32,000 bases of DNA. Origin: Sedimentisphaerales bacterium (GTDB taxonomy: Bacteria > Planctomycetota > Phycisphaerae > Sedimentisphaerales > Anaerobacaceae). The stretch's first letter is position 1. Each line of letters starts with the position of its first letter. Of the stretch, positions 24,571 to 31,275 are shown piece by piece. The position numbers and the translations under genes are program-made. The stretch is taken from contig JBELAN010000009.1 of NCBI GenBank assembly GCA_049508795.1, forward strand, positions 64,729 to 96,728, given 5' to 3'. The notes beneath the pieces are model-generated. The model did no database searches and was not told where the DNA came from. It saw nothing but the letters and a program-made list of their open reading frames with translations.

Positions 24571-27266
24571 GCCGGGTTCATAAACTGAAGCTTTTTATTG
24601 ATTATCTTAATCAATTCCATCGCCCACAACGGCAGAGACGAAAGGGCTACCACCATAACCCAGTCAATAAAACGCAACGACTCAGTCTTGAAAACCGTCT
24701 GGAAGAACGGCACATACACCACCGCCATTTGAAGCAGAAAAGATGCTACGGCTGCCAGAATCAGATTTTTGTTGGTAAGCACGCCGATTTTGAATAGTGA
24801 CTCGGTCTGACTGCGGCAGTTCAGGGCGTGAAACAACTGGCTGCAGGCAAGTACGACAAAGGCGGCGGTCCGTGCGCGCGGCAGGCCTTCACCTTCGACA
24901 AAGAGCACGAAGGCAAAGGCAATCAAGCTACACATAGCAATAAAGCTGCCCTGTGCGAGCATGAGCATCGCTGTCTGTTTGGTAACGACAGATTGACTGC
25001 TCGGTCTGGGCGGACGTTTCATAACGTCCGGGTCGATAGGGTCGACACCCAGGGCCAGCGCAGGCAGGCCGTCGGTTATCAGATTGACCCAGAGAATTTG
25101 TATGGGCAGCAGAGGCACAGGCCAGCCGATAAGTGAAGAAACGAACATTACCAGCACTTCGCCTGTGTTGCAGCTAAGCAGATAGTGGATGAATTTTTTG
25201 ATATTGTCGTAAATACCTCTGCCCTCCTCCACTGCGGCCACGATTGAAGCAAAGTTGTCGTCGGTGATTATCATATCGGAGACTTCCTTGGTGACATCGG
25301 TGCCGGTGATGCCCATTGCCACGCCGATGTTGGCTTCCTTGACGGCGGGAGCATCGTTGACGCCGTCCCCCGTCATTGCAACCACCTCATTGTGCCCCTT
25401 CCAGGCACGAACGACCCGCAGCTTGTGCTCCGGTGAAACGCGGGCGTAAACGACCGTCTCTTTTACTCTTTCCGAAAGCTGCTCGTCCGTCAGTTTGTCC
25501 AGCTCTTCGCCGGTCAGTGCAACGGAATTCTGCTCAAAAAATCCGAGGCTGCGGGCAATGGCGATTGCGGTGTTTTTATGGTCGCCGGTAATCATCACTG
25601 TCTTTATAGCAGCGGTTTTGCAGTCGGCAATCGCCTTTTTGACTTCCTCCCGCGGCGGGTCAATCATCGCCACAAGCCCCACAAAAGTAAGGTCTTTTTC
25701 AACCACCTCGGCGCGGTAATCTGTGCTGTTGCTATCCAACTCTTTATATGCAAACCCGAGAACCCGCATTGCATCGTTGGCTAAACGATTGTTCGCATTC
25801 AGCACGCTTTCGACGTCGTTCTCAGTGAGATTGCGAACCGAGCCGGCCTGTTCTACTCTGGTGCAGTCGTTGAGCAGGACGTCCGGCGCTCCTTTGACGA
25901 AAGCGACAAGGTTGTTGTCCCGCCGAATAATTGTCATTTTCTTTCGTTCTGCGTCGAATGGTATTTCTTCCACGAATTGCCAGTCTTTTTCCGCCTTTTC
26001 CTTCCAGATATCGGCCTTGGCGGCGGCGGTAAGAATGGCAGCTTCCGTAGGGTCACCGATTATTTTAAATGTATCATCCCGGCTGACCAATTCTGCACCA
26101 TTGCATAACGCGCCGCAAAGTAATGTTTTGTCGAGCATTGGGTAATCGGCAGGACTTATTGTTTTGCCATCGAGAAGGAAATCACCTTTTGGTTCATAAC
26201 CGATGCCGGTTATCCTGAATAACATCCCGTTCGCGTAGACCGCCTGAACGGTCATCTCGTTTTTGGTCAGCGTTCCGGTTTTGTCCGAGCATATAACCGT
26301 TGCACAGCCGAGCGTTTCGACCGATGGCAATTTGCGGATAAGTGCGTGGCGGGCGACCATTCTCTGCACTCCCATCGCAAGGGCGATTGTAACCACAGCG
26401 GGCAGGCCTTCGGGTATGGCAGCGACAGCCAAACTGACTGCTGTGAGAAACATATCAAATACTTTGCCGCCTCGCAAAACACCTAATACAAAAATCAACC
26501 CCACAAGCACAAAACACAGGTAGACTATCCATTTGCCGAATTGTTCGAGTTTTTTCTGCAGGGGCGTCGAATCACGCTTGATTTCCTGAATCATACCTGC
26601 GATTTTGCCCAGCTCGGTGTTCATTCCGGTTTCAACGACAATAGCTTTTGCTTTGCCGCTTGCAGCCGAGGTTCCCATATAGACCATATTTGCCCTGTCA
26701 GCCAAAGGAACGTCTTTTTCCTCCAGTGCTGTAACAGTTTTGGCTACGGGCGTAGATTCACCTGTTAAGCTCGCCTCCTGTGCCGTGAAGTTTGCGGTAT
26801 GCCAGACGAGCCGGCTGTCGGCGGGGATATTATCGCCGGCCTCCAGTTCAATGAGGTCGCCGGGAACAAGCTCGAAGGATGAAATCACTGCGCGTTGGCC
26901 GTCGCGGATTACTTTCGAGGTCGGGCTGGCCATCTTTTTCAAAGCGGCGAGCGACTTCTCCGCCTTATGCTCCTGGATGAAACCCAGTATCGCATTAAGG
27001 ATGACTATCGCTATTATCGCAATGGCATCGACCCATTCCTGCAGGAAACCCGAAACTATAGCAGCGCCGATAAGGACCCAGATGATAAAATCCTCGAATT
27101 GCGACAGGAAAATGGCTAATGGCGACGGGCCTTTCTTTCCTTCAATTTGATTGCGTCCGAGGAGTTGCAATTTTTCAGCGGCCTGCTCGGAAGTCAGACC
27201 GGCCGACAAGTTACTATCGAGCGAACCAATCACCTGTTCAATACTCGCTTGCCACCATTGAGTCAT
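24567..27266 (-). CDS. P2-type cation (Ca2+)-transporting P-type ATPase
   Basis: DKTGTLT phosphorylation site, TGES, IPEGLPAVVT (TM4), MITGDH and GDGVNDAPAVK are present. I place the start at the ATG at 27266 (MTQWWQASIEQV..., the cation-ATPase N-terminal domain). The ORF-track start at 27350 adds 28 hydrophobic residues with no support. Confidence 0.9.
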   Translation of the reverse strand: MTQWWQASIEQVIGSLDSNLSAGLTSEQAAEKLQLLGRNQIEGKKGPSPLAIFLSQFEDFIIWVLIGAAIVSGFLQEWVDAIAIIAIVILNAILGFIQEHKAEKSLAALKKMASPTSKVIRDGQRAVISSFELVPGDLIELEAGDNIPADSRLVWHTANFTAQEASLTGESTPVAKTVTALEEKDVPLADRANMVYMGTSAASGKAKAIVVETGMNTELGKIAGMIQEIKRDSTPLQKKLEQFGKWIVYLCFVLVGLIFVLGVLRGGKVFDMFLTAVSLAVAAIPEGLPAVVTIALAMGVQRMVARHALIRKLPSVETLGCATVICSDKTGTLTKNEMTVQAVYANGMLFRITGIGYEPKGDFLLDGKTISPADYPMLDKTLLCGALCNGAELVSRDDTFKIIGDPTEAAILTAAAKADIWKEKAEKDWQFVEEIPFDAERKKMTIIRRDNNLVAFVKGAPDVLLNDCTRVEQAGSVRNLTENDVESVLNANNRLANDAMRVLGFAYKELDSNSTDYRAEVVEKDLTFVGLVAMIDPPREEVKKAIADCKTAAIKTVMITGDHKNTAIAIARSLGFFEQNSVALTGEELDKLTDEQLSERVKETVVYARVSPEHKLRVVRAWKGHNEVVAMTGDGVNDAPAVKEANIGVAMGITGTDVTKEVSDMIITDDNFASIVAAVEEGRGIYDNIKKFIHYLLSCNTGEVLVMFVSSLIGWPVPLLPIQILWVNLITDGLPALALGVDPIDPDVMKRPPRPSSQSVVTKQTAMLMLAQGSFIAMCSLIAFAFVLFVEGEGLPRARTAAFVVLACSQLFHALNCRSQTESLFKIGVLTNKNLILAAVASFLLQMAVVYVPFFQTVFKTESLRFIDWVMVVALSSLPLWAMELIKIINKKLQFMNPA

Positions 27267-27374
27267 CGGCCAATCCTGAATTAACGCGGAACAGTTTTTC
27301 GTATTAAAAACGGAGATTAATATAACCATTAGAACGGGTAAAATAAACAACTTTTGGCTAAATCATAACTGCCG

Positions 27375-27403
27375 TTGAACTAAGTAATGTTAGTTGCTAT
27401 AGT
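27375..27403 (+). promoter_or_regulatory. candidate promoter TTGAAC-N17-TATAGT ending 7 nt before the miaB ATG
   Basis: Hexamers and spacing read directly from the sequence. The geometry puts the transcription start at or next to the A of the ATG at 27411. Confidence 0.35.
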
Positions 27404-27410
27404 AACTTAA

Positions 27411-28847
27411 ATGCTCGATAAGACCATACATATCAAGAGCTTCGGGTGCCAGATGAATAAGTTAGACACAGCTTTGGTTACTTCTGCGCTTAAAAAAGCA
27501 GGGTTTGGCCTGGCTGAGAACGAAAAAGGCGCTGATGTTGTTTTGATAAACACCTGCTCAGTGCGCGAACACGCGGAGCAGCGAGTCTTATCGCATCTTG
27601 GGCATCTAAAACATATCAAAAAATCAAAGCCAAATATGGTGGTTGGGGTAATCGGCTGTATGGCGCAGCGGCTCGGAGCAGAACTGCTCAAAGACAAAAC
27701 GGTTGATATAGTTTGCGGCCCGGCACAAATACCGCAAATTACAGAACTTGTAACTAAAGCGCTGCAGGAAAATAAAAAGACCCTTGCGATAACGGGAAAA
27801 ATCCGCCAGAAATCGGCGGAAAACAAGGCACTGGAAGAGCTTGAGTCGGTTTTTGACAGCGATGATTCACAAGTTCCTGCACAAGCGTATGTTAGGGCGA
27901 TGCGGGGTTGTAATAATTTCTGCTCATATTGCATTGTGCCATATGTGCGCGGGCCGGAAGTATCGCGCCCCCCTGCCGTGATAATCGAACAGATAAAAAG
28001 ACTGGCTGGCAACGGTGTTAAGCTGGTTACGCTGCTGGGGCAAATGGTAAATGCTTATAAATACAACAGTTCGGGGAAAACCCTCTGTCTGGCGGATTTG
28101 CTCTATATGGTGAGCGAAATTGAAGGAATCGAATGGATAAGATTTGTTACAAGTTACCCTGCGGAAGAATATTATGAGCAGATTCTAAAAGCGATGGCGG
28201 ATTTGCCGAAGGTATGTCACTACCTGCATATGCCGGCTCAAAGCGGCTCGGATAAAATCCTAAAAGCAATGAATCGTAACTATACAGCCGGCAAATACTT
28301 AGAGCTGATAGAAAAGGCCAGAGATATTGTGCCGGGGATTGCAATTTCAGGCGATTTTATGGTTGGGTTTCCCGGGGAAACAGAAGAGGATTTTGGGGAG
28401 ACCATAAGTCTTGTGCAGATCGCGAGATATAAGAACTGCTTTGTATTCAAGTATTCGTCTCGGCCGGGGACGGCGGCGGATAAACGGTTACAAGATGATG
28501 TGCCGGAAGAAGTTAAGAAAAGACGGAACATAGAATTATTGGCGGTGCAGGAAAAAATAAGCGATGAGTTGGCGAAGCAATTTTTAGGGAAAGAAGTGAA
28601 AGTTCTGGTCGAGGGATTGAGTAAGAAGGCGGTTTCGACAAGCTCACCGCAGGCGGGAGTAAGTCCTTGTGGGGAAAAGGGTTATCCGCCTTCGCTAAAG
28701 CTACGGCGGACAAGTCCGCAGTTGGTCGGGCGGACGGCGGAGGACTGGATAGTTGTTTTTGACGGGCCGGCGAAGTTGGCTGGGGAGTTTGCAAAAGTGA
28801 AAATAACGAGGACGAGTCCACTAACTCTTTTTGGGGAGATGATTTAA
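27411..28847 (+). CDS. miaB: tRNA-2-methylthio-N6-dimethylallyladenosine synthase (methylthiotransferase)
   Basis: The N-terminal cluster region is IKSFGCQMN...NTCSVRE. The radical SAM motif is CNNFCSYC. The C-terminal TRAM domain is LVGRTAEDWIVVFDG...KVKITRTSPLTLFGE. It carries an atypical insert of about 27 aa before the TRAM domain. Confidence 0.92.
   Translation: MLDKTIHIKSFGCQMNKLDTALVTSALKKAGFGLAENEKGADVVLINTCSVREHAEQRVLSHLGHLKHIKKSKPNMVVGVIGCMAQRLGAELLKDKTVDIVCGPAQIPQITELVTKALQENKKTLAITGKIRQKSAENKALEELESVFDSDDSQVPAQAYVRAMRGCNNFCSYCIVPYVRGPEVSRPPAVIIEQIKRLAGNGVKLVTLLGQMVNAYKYNSSGKTLCLADLLYMVSEIEGIEWIRFVTSYPAEEYYEQILKAMADLPKVCHYLHMPAQSGSDKILKAMNRNYTAGKYLELIEKARDIVPGIAISGDFMVGFPGETEEDFGETISLVQIARYKNCFVFKYSSRPGTAADKRLQDDVPEEVKKRRNIELLAVQEKISDELAKQFLGKEVKVLVEGLSKKAVSTSSPQAGVSPCGEKGYPPSLKLRRTSPQLVGRTAEDWIVVFDGPAKLAGEFAKVKITRTSPLTLFGEMI
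28680..28722 (+). repeat. R1-like hairpin repeat copy embedded in-frame in miaB
   Basis: atccgccttcgctaaagctacggcggacaagtccgc aligns by hand to R1 (ttccgccgtcgccaaagggctatggcggacaagtaggc) at about 30 of 36 positions with one 2-nt gap. The hairpin arms are retained. Confidence 0.5.
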
Positions 28848-28894
28848 AATGGGGAATATAGGTAATTGGGGATAGAACCAAATGCGCAAGTTCG

Positions 28895-29002
28895 TGTTTG
28901 AAAACGGTTGAAAACGGTCAAAAGTTGTAGAAAAATTTGGAAAAATGTATGGGAAAGTGAGAAAAATGTATAGAAATGTTTGAAAATATTCGACAATTTT
29001 TT
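28895..29002. repeat. degenerate 10-11-bp tandem array of GAAAA/A-tract units (about 9 copies), ending in a T6 run
   Basis: A-tracts start at 28901, 28911, 28920, 28931, 28941, 28954, 28962, 28974 and 28983, a mean spacing of about 10.3 bp. The first two units, ttgaaaacgg, are identical. Confidence 0.6.
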
Positions 29003-29069
29003 ACCTCCCCTGCGCATTTGATTGAAATTTTTTGTCGGCCACAAAGACACGAAGGCGCGAAGAAAATTA

Positions 29070-29105
29070 GACACTGATTAACACAGATTTACACTGTTAT
29101 TTTTT
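29070..29105. repeat. short-period repeat submodule (gacactgatta/acacagattt/acactg plus a T-run)
   Basis: It has the same design (three 9-10-nt units followed by a T-tract) as the submodules at 31018-31157. Confidence 0.55.
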
Positions 29106-29335
29106 GCCGCCGAGTACACAGAGACGGAGAAAAATCCTAAATACTAAACCCTAAATCCTAAACAAATTCAAATGACCAAAATAAAAAATTCAAAACGGAC
29201 TACGCCTGACACTGACGCGAAATTAAAAAAGTTTTCCGTCCTTCGCAGTAGCAAACTACTTGCTATGGAGGACAAGGCGGCGGGGGAAAAAACTCGTCGC
29301 TGGTTAGTTGAGTTCAGCAAATCGGCGTCAGAAAA

Positions 29336-29365
29336 TATATTAGTATGTGCATATATACTAATATA
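29336..29365. repeat. AT-rich palindrome: perfect 11-bp arms TATATTAGTAT / ATACTAATATA around an 8-nt centre
   Basis: The arms are at 29336-29346 and 29355-29365. The centre, gtgcatat, is itself partly self-complementary. Confidence 0.6.
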
Positions 29366-29442
29366 GTGATTTAACTATCAGGGGTTTTTAGGTGAGGGGG
29401 TTGAGAGTCGTGGCCCGGGACCCGTGCCTCGTGACTTCCGCT

Positions 29443-29510
29443 TTCGCTTCCGCCGTCGCCAAAGGGCTATGGCGGACAAGTAGGCTACGGAGAACAGGAC
29501 GGCGGACAAG
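29443..29510 (+). repeat. R1 repeat module, copy A (68 nt, hairpin-forming)
   Basis: It is identical over 68 of 68 nt to 30937-31004. It contains the hairpin cttccgccgtcgcc-aaag-ggctatggcggacaag. Confidence 0.9.
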
Positions 29511-29540
29511 AGTTGGGCGATTTTGGGGGAGCAAGGATTA

Positions 29541-29607
29541 ACCGCAGAGCACGCCGAGACCGCAGAGATTTTATTTTTTAATCGCTGATTACGCAGATTA
29601 CGCGGAA
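29541..29607 (+). repeat. R2 repeat module, copy A (67 nt)
   Basis: It is identical over 67 of 67 nt to 31091-31157 (accgcagagcacgccgagaccgcagagat + tttatttttta + atcgctgattacgcagattacgcggaa). Confidence 0.9.
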
Positions 29608-29659
29608 TTTGGTTTGTGGCGGAGGGGATTAAAGGGCGATGTTCGGCTTTGTTTTTCCT

Positions 29660-29689
29660 TTGACTTTTCAGCTACAAAAAACATATAAT
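29660..29689 (+). promoter_or_regulatory. candidate promoter TTGACT-N18-TATAAT for the protease gene
   Basis: A consensus -10 element and a near-consensus -35 element were read directly from the sequence. The -10 element ends about 35 nt upstream of the GTG at 29725. Confidence 0.4.
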
Positions 29690-29724
29690 TGCGTTATTAT
29701 TGTATTTTGACTAAGAGCGAGATT

Positions 29725-30900
29725 GTGAAAAAGCTGGTTTTTATTATCACATATCTACTAATAACCGTTCCTTGCGCTGCTGATACATTTACCAACCGCG
29801 CGACAGGAGAAGTGTTCCACGGTTACGCAACCCAAATAAAGCGTGGCGGTAAAACCCTCATTCGTGTGGGTAATGAAGGCACCGCCAAATATATCGATAT
29901 GGCGGATTATCGCGTCGAGTGGAGCCGAGACGGCCGAAAAAACATAGTCATCGTAATACCAATCAAAGATGCGATATTGCTGGAATGCGAAACGGCAGCG
30001 TTAGAAAAAGCGATTGAGACGAGCTCCAACCAAGGACCGATGTTCATTTTAATTGAGATAGATACGCCGGGCGGCCGAGAAGACCTTATGAAGCGAATCT
30101 GCAGCGCAATCACAAAGGCGGATAATTGCCTGACGGTCGCGTTCGTGAGCGGAGGGGAATACGGCGGGGCATATTCGGCAGGAGCAATTATCGCGCTGGC
30201 GTGCGACCAGATATATATGGCAGAGGATACGGCCATTGGGGCAGCGACGCCAATAATGATGTCGAAGACCGGAGTGAAAGATTTAAAATCAGTTTACGGC
30301 TCGACGGTCGGCGAGAAATTTATGTCCGCGAGCCGGGCGTATATAGCGAGTTTAGCAGAACAAAACGACCGGCCGAGCGCAATAGCCAGGGCGATGGTCG
30401 ACAAAGACATCGAGGTTGTGGAAGTATCTGAGAATAACGAAAGACTTTTTATCGAGCCGAGAGAAAGGAAAAAAGAACAAACTGTAGTTCGAACGTGGAA
30501 CAGAAGGGGGTCGTTGCTTACTTTGACCGCCGGTGAAGCCGTCGAATGCGGGATAGCAAACGGGCTGGCGGGGTCACCCAAGGCGGTTATATCAGCATTG
30601 AAATTTGACAATCCCCGTGTTGTTCCCAACAATGAGGCAGCCAAAGCCAGAAGCGCGTTCGAAGCCGCCAAAGACAAGCTTGAGAAACTGCGAATCAGCA
30701 TCGACCGTTATTCCAAGGAAATCGAAATCTGCAGGGACAAAAACGAGGTAATACGGTTTCTGAACGCGGTCATTAAGAACTACGAAGATGTAATTGCGAT
30801 GGGGAGGTCATATCCTGATTTGGCGATTGACGAAGGGGCGTGCAAAGAAGCAATGAATTCGGCCAAAACTCTGCTCAGAAATATCAAAAAATTGGAGTAG
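29725..30900 (+). CDS. secreted ClpP/crotonase-fold serine protease (NfeD/SppA-like) with helical C-terminal domain
   Basis: LIEIDTPGG and the nucleophile region GGAYSAGAIIALACDQIYM...IGAATPI are typical of NfeD/S49-type proteases. I prefer the GTG at 29725 (MKKLVFIITYLLITVPCAA is a signal peptide) to the TTG at 29689, which overlaps the -10 box. Confidence 0.7.
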   Translation: MKKLVFIITYLLITVPCAADTFTNRATGEVFHGYATQIKRGGKTLIRVGNEGTAKYIDMADYRVEWSRDGRKNIVIVIPIKDAILLECETAALEKAIETSSNQGPMFILIEIDTPGGREDLMKRICSAITKADNCLTVAFVSGGEYGGAYSAGAIIALACDQIYMAEDTAIGAATPIMMSKTGVKDLKSVYGSTVGEKFMSASRAYIASLAEQNDRPSAIARAMVDKDIEVVEVSENNERLFIEPRERKKEQTVVRTWNRRGSLLTLTAGEAVECGIANGLAGSPKAVISALKFDNPRVVPNNEAAKARSAFEAAKDKLEKLRISIDRYSKEIEICRDKNEVIRFLNAVIKNYEDVIAMGRSYPDLAIDEGACKEAMNSAKTLLRNIKKLE

Positions 30901-30936
30901 TTTTCGTTTTCGGGGGAGATTAATTCTTTACCCGGC

Positions 30937-31004
30937 TTCGCTTCCGCCGTCGCCAAAGGGCTATGGCGGACAAGTAGGCTACGGAGAACAGGACGGCGGA
31001 CAAG
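30937..31004 (+). repeat. R1 repeat module, copy B
   Basis: It is identical to 29443-29510 and begins 36 nt after the protease stop codon. Confidence 0.9.
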
Positions 31005-31017
31005 CGAAGAAAAATTA

Positions 31018-31087
31018 ACCACGAATGAACACGAATGAGCACGATTTTTTTGCCACAGATGAACACGGATTGACACAGATTTTTTAT
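31018..31087 (+). repeat. two short-period repeat submodules (cacgaatga x3 + T7; cacagatga/acacggattg/acacagat + T-run)
   Basis: Each is three tandem 9-10-nt units followed by a T-tract. Together they fill the longer R1-R2 spacer of copy B. Confidence 0.65.
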
Positions 31088-31090
31088 ATC

Positions 31091-31157
31091 ACCGCAGAGC
31101 ACGCCGAGACCGCAGAGATTTTATTTTTTAATCGCTGATTACGCAGATTACGCGGAA
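31091..31157 (+). repeat. R2 repeat module, copy B
   Basis: It is identical to 29541-29607. Confidence 0.9.
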
Positions 31158-31275
31158 AATTTTGTTGTTGTAAAACCGAGACGCTGCGCGAATGCAAAAT
31201 GCGGCGAGGAAAATCAATCCTCCTTCGATGAATCTATGGAGGACGCTACGCGAAATAAACGGCCACTGTTTTTCC

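Noticed and set aside
27407-28012. 201-aa ORF antisense to miaB
   Set aside because: It lies wholly inside the strongly supported miaB gene. Its S/C/A-rich low-complexity translation has no recognisable motifs.
28844-29074. 76-aa ORF on the - strand across the A-tract array
   Set aside because: Its F/K/Q-rich composition is a direct consequence of translating phased A/T tracts. It has no start context and overlaps the miaB stop codon.
29172-29366. 64-aa ORF (MTKIKNSKRTTPDTDAKLKK...) in the gene-free island
   Set aside because: It is a read-through of short-period repeat sequence and of the AT palindrome. It is low-complexity, has no RBS and shows no family-like motifs.
30780-31102. Two ORFs on the - strand (98 aa and 60 aa) over the R1/R2 repeat region
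   Set aside because: They are composed of repeat-module sequence and overlap the 3' end of the well-supported protease gene.
29443-31157. Possible CRISPR array formed by R1/R2
   Set aside because: There are only two copies of each module. The repeats are 67-68 nt, the 'spacer' is a 1.2-kb protein gene, and there are no cas genes.
29443-31157. Composite transposon or IS element
   Set aside because: There is no transposase, integrase or recombinase ORF. The repeats are direct rather than terminal inverted repeats, and I could see no clear target-site duplication.
31218-31243. Intrinsic terminator for the nuclease gene (tcctcc-N14-ggagga followed by ttgatttt on the - strand)
   Set aside because: The stem is only 6 bp, the loop is 14 nt and the T-run is interrupted. 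This is too weak to call.
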